A stretch of 64,000 bases of DNA. Source: Dehalococcoidia bacterium (GTDB lineage Bacteria > Chloroflexota > Dehalococcoidia > DSTF01 > JACRBR01). The position numbers and the translations under genes were made by a program. Where the stretch lies: contig JAKFYB010000015.1 in NCBI GenBank assembly GCA_021731085.1, positions 81,745 through 145,744 on the forward strand. The letters run 5' to 3'. Below the pieces are notes generated by a model that did no database searches, was not told the origin of the DNA, and saw nothing but the letters and a program-made list of their open reading frames with translations. This document shows positions 28,278 through 38,034 of the stretch, in pieces. How positions within the stretch are numbered: position 1 is the stretch's first letter; each line of letters starts with the position of its first letter.

Positions 28278-29426
28278 CTAGTCGCGGCGGCGGGCTGCCA
28301 GTGTGACTGAGGCGAGGAACGCTGCACCGGCGATCAGCCCCAGCAAGCCGACCCATGCCTGCCCGTTCATGCTGGATGCCGAACCGTCGCCCGCGCCCGG
28401 CAGCACGCCTGGTCCCGGCTTCGGCTGGTTGATGCCGAGGACTGTCCGAACACCTGTCGGCGTAGTCGCCGGAGCTGTGGTCTCGCCGATCACGGTACGG
28501 GTGCCGACGACGGTTTGCGTCGGGTCGCTCGGCGTGCTGGTGCGGGTCGATGTGCGCGTGGGCGTGTGGGTCTTGATGCCCTCGGTGGGTGTACCGGTGC
28601 CCGGCGTCGGCGTCGATGTCGACGTCGACGTCGCCGGGGTGCCGGTCGATGTCGGCGTTGACGTGCCACCTTCGGGCGTGTTGGTAGCGGATGCCACCGG
28701 AGTCTCTGTCGCGCCGCCGGGTGTCGAAGTTGCGGAGCTTGTCGATGTCGCCGTAGGGGTGAACGTCGCGACGGCTGTGTTCGTCGGCGTTGCGGTGGCG
28801 GAGCTTTCTGGCGTATTCGTCGATTGCGGCGTCGCTGTCTGAGTTACGCCGGGCGTGGCGGTGCCGCTGTCCGGCGTGCTCGTCGCAGACGCAGCCGGGG
28901 TCTGTGTTGCACCGCCGGGCGTACCGGTCGCCGTCACTGGCGTACTCGTCGAACCAGCGGGAGTCGACGTCGTAGAACCAGCGGGAGTCGACGTCGATGC
29001 CTTCGTCGGCGTTGATGTCGGCGTGAACGTGGCGACGGGGGTTGAGGTCGCGGCGGCGGTAATCGACGCAGCCGGAGTACGGCTGGTCGCAGGGGTTTGC
29101 GTCGTTGTGTCCGGCGTTCGCGTTTCCCCTTCCGGCGTCTCCGTCTCAGCATCGGGCGTACGCGTCACCTCGACGGTACGCGTGCTGAGGACGGTTCGGG
29201 TCGCGGCAACGGTACGCGTGGTCTGAACCGTTCGCGTGACTTCGACCGTGCGCGATGCGACGGGCGACTGTGATGAATGCGGCGTCTTGTTGGCGCCATG
29301 CGGTTGCTGCGAACTCGCATCACTGCGCGTCGCGCCCGAGACGAGCAGCGACGCACTGACCGCCATGACGATCAGCCCAGCGAGGACGAGCGGGTAGAGG
29401 GATCTGCGGGATGTGATCCTAAACAT
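28278..29426 (-). CDS. Thr/Pro-rich surface protein with N-terminal signal anchor and C-terminal tripartite sorting-signal-like tail
   Basis: Low-complexity TPxTxT repeats; C-terminus ...GVLPGAGDGSASSMNGQAWVGLLGLIAGAAFLASVTLAARRRD (motif, TM, basic tail); ATG at 29426 chosen because the first track codon is TTG. Confidence 0.55.
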   Translation of the reverse strand: MFRITSRRSLYPLVLAGLIVMAVSASLLVSGATRSDASSQQPHGANKTPHSSQSPVASRTVEVTRTVQTTRTVAATRTVLSTRTVEVTRTPDAETETPEGETRTPDTTTQTPATSRTPAASITAAATSTPVATFTPTSTPTKASTSTPAGSTTSTPAGSTSTPVTATGTPGGATQTPAASATSTPDSGTATPGVTQTATPQSTNTPESSATATPTNTAVATFTPTATSTSSATSTPGGATETPVASATNTPEGGTSTPTSTGTPATSTSTSTPTPGTGTPTEGIKTHTPTRTSTRTSTPSDPTQTVVGTRTVIGETTAPATTPTGVRTVLGINQPKPGPGVLPGAGDGSASSMNGQAWVGLLGLIAGAAFLASVTLAARRRD

Positions 29427-29556
29427 GGCGTGCGGCTCCAGAGAACTGTGCTGCCTAAACAAGTGACGGGGTATGACCTACTATTGCACACTTGCCTAGA
29501 CTGGTCAACATTTCCAGCGTCAAATTCGGAATCTGCAAGATCATCTCGGACGCGAA

Positions 29557-29590
29557 GAGAGCGCCCTTTCGGACGCTCTCTGGTTTTTCC
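29557..29590. terminator. hairpin GAGAGCG..CGCTCTC followed by TGGTTTTTCC, candidate intrinsic terminator (T-tract on + strand, A-tract on - strand)
   Basis: 18-50 nt beyond the stop of the minus-strand 981-aa gene; the U-tract orientation fits a plus-strand transcript better. Confidence 0.45.
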
Positions 29591-29607
29591 CCGTATCAGA
29601 TGGTGCG

Positions 29608-32553
29608 CTACCACCACCAGCAGGGAATCGGGTGACGGCGGCAGAGCGGCGTTTTCTTCACCAACCGGTAGTCCTCCCAGTTGATGACGCCGTCGTCGTT
29701 GCGGTCGTAGCGGCTGTTGTACCGCGGTTCGCCCTCTTCGACGCCAATGCGCCTGCTGATGCCGATCGACAGCGCGATCTTCTCGCCGAGCGTCAGGCAG
29801 CCGTCATCGGAGTGCGGCGTTGCTGTTGGTACCACGGTCTTCGTCGGCTTTGGCGCTACGGTCTTTGTTGCCTCGACCGTCCGTGTCGCGACAGCCGTAC
29901 GGGTGACGACGGCCGTTCGCGTCACAACGACGGTTCGCGTTACGACGGGTGTCGCCGTGGCCGCGGCCGATGTGCTTGTGGCAGTTGGTGTGTTCGTCGC
30001 CGCAACCACCGTATTCGTTGGCTCAGGCGTGTTGGTGGCGGTCGCGACCGAGGTGTTGGTCGCCGTTGCAGTGTTGGTTGAGGTCGGCGTGTGCGTCGAC
30101 GTTGGCACGGCAGTGTTGGTTGGCGTAGACGTCGCGGTGTGCGTGGGCGTATTCGTCGGCGCGTCCGAGGTTGGGGTCGGCGTTCCAGGCTGCGGAATTG
30201 AAGTGTTCGTCGGCGCGACCGCAGTCGCCGTCGGCGTGAACGTCGCAGTGGCGGTGTGCGTGGGTGTATTCGTCGCCGCTGCCGTCGTCGCCGTCGGCGT
30301 GTGGGTAGATGTGTTGGTGGGCGTCGGCGTGTTGCTGGCCGGAACCGGGGTGTTCGTAACGGTTGCCGTGTTGGTGGCCGTAGCAGTGGGTGTGTTCGTT
30401 GGCGTGTTTGTCGCCGTGAAGGTGCTCGTCGGGCCGACAGGCGTATTCGTCGGGGTCGGCGTGAAGGTCGCAATCACCGTCGGGCTTGGCGTGAAGGTCG
30501 CGGTCGGCGTGAACGTCGGCGTCGGCGTCGGCGCGCCAAGGACGGAGAACGAGTAGACGCCCGTGCTCGGATCCGTGGACGAGACGATGATGGTGTACGT
30601 GCCCGTCTCCGTCAGCATCAGTGATCCGGGGCTCGTGCAGAGCGGCGTGTCGAACTGGTCGCCCGCGGTGGGGGAGACAAGCCTCCAGCGCGGGCCGCAC
30701 GTGCCGCCACCCACGGGGATGTTGGTAAACGCGACCTGCTGGCCTGCCGTCACCGAGAAGGTGTAGCGGTCGATCGCCCCGGGAACTTCGATGTTCCCGG
30801 CGCCGGATGCCGGGACTCCGTTCGAAACCGTATCGCCGATGGCGATCGCGAAGTCCTCGGGCGCTGGGACGTTCGTGATGCGGAAGTTGTACGTGCCTGT
30901 GCCGGTTCCGTCGGCGAAGACCGCGATGTTGTAGCTCCCCGTCACCGGCAGCGTCTGTGTACCGGGGTCGTTCGTGACGAACTGGTTTTGGAAGATTGCC
31001 ACGTCCCCCGGGGTCGTGAGCGTCCAGCGGATGCCGCTCGTCGAACCTGTCAACGGATTGCCGTCGAAGAACACCTGCTGGCCAGCCGTGCCAGCAAATG
31101 TGTACTCGTCCGTCGATCCGACGTTCTCGAGGTTGCCCGCGCCTGCCGACGGCACGCCGTTCGAGACGGTGTCGCCGATCGCGATGTTGAACGTGTCCGC
31201 GGTGGCGACATTGAGCAGCTTGAAGTTGTACGGGCCGGTGATCGTGCCGTCAGCGTGCGTCGTGATCTCGTACGTGCCGGTCACGGGAAGGGTGAATGTG
31301 CCAGGGTCGTTGGTCACGAACTGGTTCTGGAAGATGACGATGTCCGACGGGTTGCGGAGCGTCCAGCGAATGCCGCTTGTCGTGCCCGTGAGCGGGTTGC
31401 CGTCGAAGAACACCTGCTGTCCGGCTACGGCGCTGAACGTGTATACGTCGTTGGAGCCAGCGACTTCAAGGTTGCCCGCGCCGGCATCTGGCACGCCGTT
31501 CGAAACGGTGTCACCGATGGCGATCGCGAAGGTGTCGTCCGCGGGAACGCTGATGAGCTTGAAGTTGTAGGTGCCCGTGAGCGTCAGATCACCCGTGGTT
31601 GTGATCGTGTACGTGCCTGTGACGGGCAGCGTCAACGCACCGGGGTCATTGGTGACGAACTGGTTCTGAAATATGACGGCGCTCGAAGGGTTCCGCAGCG
31701 TCCAGCGGGCGAGCACGGAGCCGCCCAACGGGTTGCCGTCGAAGTACACCTTCTGTCCCGCCGTTGCCGCGAACGAGTACACGTTGCTCGCGCCGGCGAC
31801 CTCAATGTTGCCTGCGCCTGCACCCGGCGCGCCGTTCGACACGGTGTCGCCGATCGCGATGTTGAACGCGTCCGGCGCGGGGACGTTCGTGATGCGGAAG
31901 TTATATGTGCCCGTCGTCGTCGTGTCGGAGAACACGGTGATGGTGTAGTTTCCCGCGTCGGGCAGGTCGATGGTGGCGGGATCGTTCGTGATGAACGTGT
32001 TCTGGAAGATGGCGACATTCGACGGATCGCGGAGCGTCCAACGTAAGAGCGCCGAACCGGTCAGCGGATTGCCGTCGAAGTACACGTCCTGACCTGCGGT
32101 TGCCGCGAAGGTATAGACGTCCTGGTCGCCGACGCCTTCGATGTTGCCGGCGCCGGCTGCTGGCGATCCGTTCGATACGGTGTCGCCGATGGCGATGTTG
32201 AAGTTCTGTGTTGCTGCCTCTACGCCGGTGTCGCCCCGTATGGACATCATGACACCGACGAGCAGCACTACGAGCGCCGCAAAGGCGACTACGGGTAGGG
32301 CGCGTTGTGGCTGTGTGCGGTACGTGCGTGCCTGTTCCTTCAATTCCCTGACCATCTCTGCAATCTCCTCGATCTGCGATACATGTGGCGCCGAGGCTCT
32401 ATCGCCCGGCGGCACCATCATTGCGTGATCTTGCCGCGTCCACGTCAGCGGACGGGCGGAACCGACATCCGACTTTCGGCGGAGACGCGCACGATGCGAC
32501 GGGCTTGCGTTGCTCGCCGCACAGATGCCGGGAAAGCGGTAGTCGCCGTTCAA
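29608..32553 (-). CDS. large secreted protein: TM/signal anchor, 5 tandem ~95-aa beta-sandwich (PPC-like) repeats, Thr/Pro linker, C-terminal dockerin/EF-hand-like Ca-binding loop
   Basis: Repeats [37 protein letters not shown]...[28 protein letters not shown]...TGTYNF ×5; C-terminal [14 protein letters not shown]; start uncertain (Met at 32553, 32421 or 32355). Confidence 0.6.
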   Translation of the reverse strand: MNGDYRFPGICAASNASPSHRARLRRKSDVGSARPLTWTRQDHAMMVPPGDRASAPHVSQIEEIAEMVRELKEQARTYRTQPQRALPVVAFAALVVLLVGVMMSIRGDTGVEAATQNFNIAIGDTVSNGSPAAGAGNIEGVGDQDVYTFAATAGQDVYFDGNPLTGSALLRWTLRDPSNVAIFQNTFITNDPATIDLPDAGNYTITVFSDTTTTGTYNFRITNVPAPDAFNIAIGDTVSNGAPGAGAGNIEVAGASNVYSFAATAGQKVYFDGNPLGGSVLARWTLRNPSSAVIFQNQFVTNDPGALTLPVTGTYTITTTGDLTLTGTYNFKLISVPADDTFAIAIGDTVSNGVPDAGAGNLEVAGSNDVYTFSAVAGQQVFFDGNPLTGTTSGIRWTLRNPSDIVIFQNQFVTNDPGTFTLPVTGTYEITTHADGTITGPYNFKLLNVATADTFNIAIGDTVSNGVPSAGAGNLENVGSTDEYTFAGTAGQQVFFDGNPLTGSTSGIRWTLTTPGDVAIFQNQFVTNDPGTQTLPVTGSYNIAVFADGTGTGTYNFRITNVPAPEDFAIAIGDTVSNGVPASGAGNIEVPGAIDRYTFSVTAGQQVAFTNIPVGGGTCGPRWRLVSPTAGDQFDTPLCTSPGSLMLTETGTYTIIVSSTDPSTGVYSFSVLGAPTPTPTFTPTATFTPSPTVIATFTPTPTNTPVGPTSTFTATNTPTNTPTATATNTATVTNTPVPASNTPTPTNTSTHTPTATTAAATNTPTHTATATFTPTATAVAPTNTSIPQPGTPTPTSDAPTNTPTHTATSTPTNTAVPTSTHTPTSTNTATATNTSVATATNTPEPTNTVVAATNTPTATSTSAAATATPVVTRTVVVTRTAVVTRTAVATRTVEATKTVAPKPTKTVVPTATPHSDDGCLTLGEKIALSIGISRRIGVEEGEPRYNSRYDRNDDGVINWEDYRLVKKTPLCRRHPIPCWWW

Positions 32554-32701
32554 GCAGCGGCTGTGGGCGGGTTAACCAGCCCGAACGTGCAGTGCGAACG
32601 TAACACCATGACGGCCAACGATCGAGAGGTTTCAGGCAGCAATTTGGTTACATTTGGCGTCCCGCGTCGCGTGAGGGCGCCGCGTCTCGCCAGCGACGCG
32701 C

Positions 32702-33430
32702 CTAGTCCCGGCGTTCCGCCAAGGCGATGCGGTTGATGCTCGCCGCCACATAGCCTGCGCCGAAACCGTTGTCGATGTTTACGACCGACACGCCGGCCGC
32801 GCAAGCGTTCAGCATCGCTAGCAGTGGGGCCAGGCCGTTGAAGCTCGCTCCGTAGCCAATCGACGTCGGCACGGCGATCACGGGCGCGTTCACCAGTCCG
32901 CCGACGACGCTTGGCAGCGCGCCTTCCATCCCCGCCACCACAACGAGCGCCCGCGCTGACTGCAGCGCTGGCACTTTGTCGAGCAGACGGTGGATGCCCG
33001 CGACGCCGACGTCGTACATCCGGTCGACCTCGCAGCCGGCCATGGCCGCCGTAATCGCCGCTTCTTCGGCCACCGGCAGGTCGGCGGTGCCCGCGCAGAG
33101 CACGGTAACTCCCGGGTGTTTGGGCGTTGGTGCTCGCTCGACGGTCACGCAGCGGGCGGCCTCGTGGTGCACTGCGTCGGGGACGGCTGCCAGCAGATCG
33201 CGCGCAGCTTCAGGTTTGATGCGCGTGACCAGCAGGCGGTCGGACTGCTCAAGCAGCGCCGTCGAGATCGCGACGATCTGCTCCGGCGTCTTGCCCTCGC
33301 CGAGAATTACCTCTGGCATCCAGTCGCGGAGCGCGCGATGATGGTCGACCTTCGCGAACCCGAGGTCCTCATACGGCATATGCCGCAGCTCCGTCATCGC
33401 GGCGTCAATCTCCGTCCGCCCATCAGCCAC
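32702..33430 (-). CDS. larB: nickel-pincer cofactor biosynthesis protein LarB (PurE-like carboxylase/hydrolase)
   Basis: DLGFAKVDHHRALR N-terminal block and PurE-like Rossmann core are LarB hallmarks; the track ORF (to 33619) runs over two REP-like repeats, so a shorter start (GTG near 33430 or ATG 33397) is more plausible. Confidence 0.6.
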   Translation of the reverse strand: MADGRTEIDAAMTELRHMPYEDLGFAKVDHHRALRDWMPEVILGEGKTPEQIVAISTALLEQSDRLLVTRIKPEAARDLLAAVPDAVHHEAARCVTVERAPTPKHPGVTVLCAGTADLPVAEEAAITAAMAGCEVDRMYDVGVAGIHRLLDKVPALQSARALVVVAGMEGALPSVVGGLVNAPVIAVPTSIGYGASFNGLAPLLAMLNACAAGVSVVNIDNGFGAGYVAASINRIALAERRD

Positions 33431-33501
33431 GGCGGCGAGCAGGTCTCGCAGTCTGTGCTCTTCGATGATCCCTCCTTGAGGGCGCCCTCCGCTCGTCGCT
33501 T

Positions 33502-33523
33502 CGCGGGCTGAAAAGCCCTTGCC
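33502..33523 (+). repeat. REP-like repeat copy 5 (degenerate)
   Basis: CGCGGGCTGAAAAGCCCTTGCC. Confidence 0.55.
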
Positions 33524-33548
33524 CCAGATGTTGTGCTCGACCGACGCA

Positions 33549-33573
33549 TCGCGGGCTGAAAGCCCACGCTCGG
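33549..33573 (+). repeat. REP-like repeat copy 6 (degenerate)
   Basis: TCGCGGGCTGAAAGCCCACGCTCGG; in the larB / PAP2 divergent region. Confidence 0.55.
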
Positions 33574-33662
33574 GCGCTTCAATCCATGATATCAGCGCAC
33601 CTTGACGCGCTAGCGACAAGATTCGATTGCCACCGCGTTCGCCGCTCTCGATACTTCACCCA

Positions 33663-34427
33663 ATGCTCAACAAGTCCGGCGAATCCGAGGCGGCCTTTTG
33701 GGGAGCGTGGCTGCTGCTCGCGGCTGCGTTCGTCGCGCTCGCGTACTGGGCGACGCAGGAATACTATCTTCCCGGCGATCGCGCGATCACCTTCGGCATA
33801 CAAGATCTGTACACGCAGCCGTGGGCCGACGATCTCTTCTCAGCCGCGAGCCACGTCGGCGATGAATGGGTCGTCGGGCTCGCGCTCGGCCTGACGATCG
33901 GCGCACTCGGTGTCCGGCGCCGGTACGCCGAGGCGATCATCGTCATCATCGCGGCGCTCTCGATCTTCCTCGTCGTCGCCATCGACGCCTACGTCAAACG
34001 CCCCACGGCCGAGTACGAGGCGATGCGCGCCGTCTTCGATGGCCTCCTCTATCCGCGCATCTATCCCGACCCAGGTGGCTTCCCGAGCGGTCACGTCTAC
34101 GGCACCGTGTTGGCGTACGGGATCGTGTTCTGGCTTGCCGCGCGCACCCTGCGATGGGACTGGCTGGTGACCTCCGTCCGGCTGCTCTGCGTCGCCGCGA
34201 TCGTTCTCGGCTTCATCGCACCGATGTATCTCGGCACCCACTGGTTCAGCGATGTCTACGGCGCGGCCTTGCTCGCGGTCATCGTCATCATGCTCGCGTG
34301 GCGCGCGGATGCGTTCGTCACGCGCAACGAGGAACCGACCTACGTCCACGATATCGTCGGCTACCGCACCCCACGCACGGCTGCAGAAGCCCGCACGCAG
34401 CCCACAACCACCCGCTTTCGATCGTAG
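33663..34427 (+). CDS. PAP2 family membrane phosphatase
   Basis: PSGH and SRxxxxxHxxxD-like motifs, 6 TM; the track ORF starts with TTG at 33627, ATG at 33663 preferred. Confidence 0.7.
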   Translation: MLNKSGESEAAFWGAWLLLAAAFVALAYWATQEYYLPGDRAITFGIQDLYTQPWADDLFSAASHVGDEWVVGLALGLTIGALGVRRRYAEAIIVIIAALSIFLVVAIDAYVKRPTAEYEAMRAVFDGLLYPRIYPDPGGFPSGHVYGTVLAYGIVFWLAARTLRWDWLVTSVRLLCVAAIVLGFIAPMYLGTHWFSDVYGAALLAVIVIMLAWRADAFVTRNEEPTYVHDIVGYRTPRTAAEARTQPTTTRFRS

Positions 34428-34511
34428 GCCGCTTCCGCGCATCGCGCCGCTATTAGCGCCTTCACCAATGGACAAGCCGCCTTCAGCAGGCCGATATACT
34501 GCCCTTCACAT

Positions 34512-36392
34512 ATGAAAAGCCCGTTCCTCACCGCGCTAGAAGAACGCATCCTGCTCGCCGATGGCGCGATGGGCACGCTGCTGTTCGCACGCGGCATCGA
34601 CCCGAATGTCTGCATCGAGCAGCTCGTGCTCGATCAGCCGGACGTCATCCGGCGCGTCCACGAGGACTACATCGCCGCCGGCGCCGACATCATCGAGACC
34701 GACACGTTCGGCGCGAACCGCTATCGGCTCACGAAGCACGGTCTCCAGGACAGGATCCGCGACATCAACTTCAAGGCCGCCCGCCTGGCTCGCGACGCCC
34801 GGGAGATCCACGGCCACCCGGTGTTCATCGCCGGCGCCATCGGTCCGACCGGTCGCATGCTGGCGACGGTGGGGGACATCAAGCCGGAGGAGGTGCGCGC
34901 GGCGGTCCGCGAGCAGGCGGAGGCGCTCCTCGAGGGCGGCGTCGACCTCATCATCCTCGAGACATTCCCTGACATCGCGGAACTGCGCGAGTCCATCGCC
35001 GCCGTGAAGGCGTCCTGCGACCTGCCGATCGTCGCGCAATGCACGTTCCAGCGCGACAACCGAACGCTTGGCGGTGAGCCACCAGATGAAGTCGCGAACG
35101 TCGCCGCATCCCTCGGAGTCGATGCTGCCGGGATCAACTGCAGCCTTGGCCCGCACAACGCCCTCGAAGTGATCGAACAGATGGCGGCGGCAGCGTCGAT
35201 TCCACTTAGCGCGATGCCGAACGCAGGACTGCCGAAGTACGTCGACAACCGCCTCGTCTATCGCGCGACGCCTGAGTACTTCGCGGACTATACAAAGCGC
35301 CTCGCGCTTGCTGGCGCGAACATCATCGGCGGTTGTTGCGGGTCGACGCCGGAGCACACGGCCGCCATGCGCGAAACACTCGACCAGGAGTGGAACCGCA
35401 AGGGTCGCCCGCGCACGTCGGTGGCTGATTCGCCGCCGCGCATCGAGATCACTTCAAGCGCGGTCGGCGCTGACCCGCGCGGGAGTGACACCGCCGAATC
35501 TGCGAAGCAGCGCACCCTGCGCGAAAAGCTCAAGGCCGGCGAATTCGGCGTGAGCGTCGAGCTCGACCCGCCACGCGGCCTCAACCCGCGCAAAGCGCTC
35601 GAAGGCGCGGCCATGCTGAAGGCTGCTGGAGCGGACAGCATCAACATCGGCGACAGTCCGATGGCGCGCGTCCGCATGTCGGCCATCGCTCTCGCGGTGC
35701 TCATGGAACAGCGCGTCGGCATCGAGACGATCATTCACTTCACCTCGCGCGACCGGAACCTGATGGCGATCCAGAGCGATCTGCTTGGCGCCCACGCTCT
35801 GGGCATCCGCAACGTCATCGCCCTCACCGGCGACCCGCCGTCCGGCGGCGAGTACGCGCGCGCCACTGGTGTCTGGGATGTGGACTCGATCGGCTTCATC
35901 CGCATCATCAAGATGCTCAACAGCGGCACGGACTGGGCCGGCAACAGCATCGGCAAGGGAACGGACTTCTTCGTCGCCTGCGCCGCCAACCCGACGGCAG
36001 ATAACGTCGATCTCGAGCTCGAACGCGTCCGCAAGAAGATCGACGCCGGCGCCGACTGCCTGATGACGCAGCAGTTCTACGACGCGGGCTCACTCGAGTC
36101 CTTCCTCGAGCGACTCGGCCCGATCGATATCCCCGTGCTCATCGGCGTCATGCCGCTCCAGAGCCACAAGCACACCGAGTTCATCCACAACGAACTCGCC
36201 GGCGTCTTCGTGCCGGAGGACGTGCGCGAACGCATGCGCAAAGCCGGCGAGAACGGCGTCGCCGAGGGCCTCGCGCAGGCCCGCGAGCTCCTCGAACAAT
36301 GCCGCCCGATGTGCGACGGCACGTACCTCGTCCCGTCCTTCGGCAGGTATGAGGTCGTCGGCGAGCTAGTGCAGTTCGCCAAGAGCCTATAG
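34512..36392 (+). CDS. bifunctional homocysteine S-methyltransferase / 5,10-methylenetetrahydrofolate reductase (YitJ-type)
   Basis: N-terminal Hcy-binding domain (GGCCGSTPEH zinc site) fused to MetF-like MTHFR TIM barrel; 626 aa. Confidence 0.8.
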   Translation: MKSPFLTALEERILLADGAMGTLLFARGIDPNVCIEQLVLDQPDVIRRVHEDYIAAGADIIETDTFGANRYRLTKHGLQDRIRDINFKAARLARDAREIHGHPVFIAGAIGPTGRMLATVGDIKPEEVRAAVREQAEALLEGGVDLIILETFPDIAELRESIAAVKASCDLPIVAQCTFQRDNRTLGGEPPDEVANVAASLGVDAAGINCSLGPHNALEVIEQMAAAASIPLSAMPNAGLPKYVDNRLVYRATPEYFADYTKRLALAGANIIGGCCGSTPEHTAAMRETLDQEWNRKGRPRTSVADSPPRIEITSSAVGADPRGSDTAESAKQRTLREKLKAGEFGVSVELDPPRGLNPRKALEGAAMLKAAGADSINIGDSPMARVRMSAIALAVLMEQRVGIETIIHFTSRDRNLMAIQSDLLGAHALGIRNVIALTGDPPSGGEYARATGVWDVDSIGFIRIIKMLNSGTDWAGNSIGKGTDFFVACAANPTADNVDLELERVRKKIDAGADCLMTQQFYDAGSLESFLERLGPIDIPVLIGVMPLQSHKHTEFIHNELAGVFVPEDVRERMRKAGENGVAEGLAQARELLEQCRPMCDGTYLVPSFGRYEVVGELVQFAKSL

Positions 36393-36442
36393 TTGGTGGC
36401 CCTGTAAGGGCGGAGCTAAAGCTTCGCCCCGTCGTCGGGCGC

Positions 36443-37312
36443 GTGGGGTCTAACTTGTCTGATCTTCGTCTGGTCCACGGCTTCGCGTTTCCGACCTACG
36501 CCTCGGAAGGCGCCGACGAGATCGCAGGCGTGATCGCATCTCGCTGCCAGCGTGCGCAGACGATCCTGAGCGACGCGCTCCACTTCGATCCGGCGTTCAC
36601 GCTGCTCGTCCTCAGCCCGGACGACTGGGATGCGCACGCGCGCACGCCCATCTACGCGATGCCGCACAACTCGAAACTGCCCGCCGGCACGTATGGCGCG
36701 CCGGATCTCCCATTCGACAACGCGCTCATCATCGGCTCCCAACGCGGCGCCTTCTTTGACACGATGGTCGACATCGCAGTCGCCGATCTCGGCGACAAAG
36801 CAACCACACGCCTTCGTGATGTCTATCCTGGCCCGAACCGGGGCATCGACGTAGCCCCCTTCGCCAACCTCCTCGTCGTCCACGAGCTCGCCCACCTCTT
36901 CGAGTTCCAGGTGCCCTTTCGCTTCCCTCGCCGCTGGCTGTCGGAGTTCTTCGCAAACCTCTGCCTGCACGCTTACATCGAACTGGGCGAACCGGAAACG
37001 ATGACGCTACTTCAAACCTTCCCTGGGATCACGCTTCAAGCGAGCGCCGCCCACTGGAAGTACCGCTCGCTAGCCGACCTCGAACGTCTCTACATCGGCG
37101 TCGGCGGCGAGAACTACGCCTGGTTCCAGTTCAACCTGCACGAGCATGCGGCCAACGTCTACAACGCAGGTGGCATCGACGCCGTCCGCAAGTTCCACAC
37201 CGCGTTCCAGAACCAGAAGCTGCGCGAAGCCACAGACGAACAGCTAACCGACTTCCTCCGCACCAACATCAGCGAACAAGCCGCCGCCATCATCACCTCA
37301 TGGCCCTCGTAG
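36443..37312 (+). CDS. hypothetical protein with HExxH motif (putative zinc metallohydrolase)
   Basis: VVHELAHLFEF; GTG start; no family assigned. Confidence 0.45.
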   Translation: MGSNLSDLRLVHGFAFPTYASEGADEIAGVIASRCQRAQTILSDALHFDPAFTLLVLSPDDWDAHARTPIYAMPHNSKLPAGTYGAPDLPFDNALIIGSQRGAFFDTMVDIAVADLGDKATTRLRDVYPGPNRGIDVAPFANLLVVHELAHLFEFQVPFRFPRRWLSEFFANLCLHAYIELGEPETMTLLQTFPGITLQASAAHWKYRSLADLERLYIGVGGENYAWFQFNLHEHAANVYNAGGIDAVRKFHTAFQNQKLREATDEQLTDFLRTNISEQAAAIITSWPS

Positions 37313-37370
37313 GTTCGGATTCAATCAGGAATCCGCCATCCGGAGGCAATCTTGACCTAGCCTGCAATAT

Positions 37371-37386
37371 GAATGAATATTCATTC
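37371..37386. promoter_or_regulatory. 16-bp perfect palindrome GAATGAATATTCATTC, candidate TetR operator overlapping a putative promoter (TTGACC at 37352)
   Basis: Ends 3 nt upstream of the TetR GTG start; the most AT-rich stretch in the neighbourhood. Confidence 0.55.
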
Positions 37387-37388
37387 CA

Positions 37389-37988
37389 GTGCCGCCAACC
37401 GCCACAGCCGCCACAACAACAACCCCCGACGCTAAGCGCGATGCCATCCTCGACGCCGCCCTCACCCTCTTCTCCGAACGCACCTTCGATGGCACCCCCG
37501 TCCCCCTCATCGCCGACACCGCCGGCGTCGCCGCAGGCACCATCTACCGCTACTTTCCCTCGAAGGAGGCGCTCGTAAACGCCCTCTACCGTCAGTGGAA
37601 GGGCGAACTGCGGCGAGTCATCGTCGATGGCATAGCCGGCGGGACGACGGTGCGCGAGCAGTTTGGGCTGATGTGGCAGGGACTCTGGCGCTTCGGCGCC
37701 GAGCACCCGCGCGCCGTCGCATTCATCGAAACCCACCACCACGCCTCGTACATCGACGACGAAAGCCGCGCCCTCGGTCAGCAGATCGAGGACGAGTCGA
37801 TCGCCTTCATTGAAGCCGCACAGGCCCGCGGCGAGATCCGCCCGGCGGATCCATGCATCGTCATGTCGCTCGTCTTGGGCGCCTTCACCGGTCTCGTGAA
37901 ACACGCCGGCGCCGACGGACTCATGCTCGACGAGAACGCGACGCGCGAATCGGAAGAGATCATGTGGGCCGCGTTGCGCGCGTCGTAA
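37389..37988 (+). CDS. TetR family transcriptional regulator
   Basis: N-terminal TetR HTH (LIADTAGVAAGTIYRYFPSKEAL); GTG start 3 nt after a 16-bp perfect palindrome. Confidence 0.8.
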   Translation: MPPTATAATTTTPDAKRDAILDAALTLFSERTFDGTPVPLIADTAGVAAGTIYRYFPSKEALVNALYRQWKGELRRVIVDGIAGGTTVREQFGLMWQGLWRFGAEHPRAVAFIETHHHASYIDDESRALGQQIEDESIAFIEAAQARGEIRPADPCIVMSLVLGAFTGLVKHAGADGLMLDENATRESEEIMWAALRAS

Positions 37989-38034
37989 CCCGCGGTAGCC
38001 ACCACCAACAGACAGTGTTCGGAAGGACGACAAC

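Noticed and set aside
28400-31000. Highly repetitive DNA that could be mistaken for a CRISPR array or satellite
   Set aside because: The repeats are imperfect, in-frame, and encode Thr/Pro-rich protein linkers. There is no repeat-spacer periodicity and there are no cas genes.
34428-34511. Possible SAM riboswitch upstream of the YitJ-type gene (as in Bacillus yitJ)
   Set aside because: The gap is only 84 bp and I could not find the conserved S-box/SAM-IV core elements. Left as not supported.
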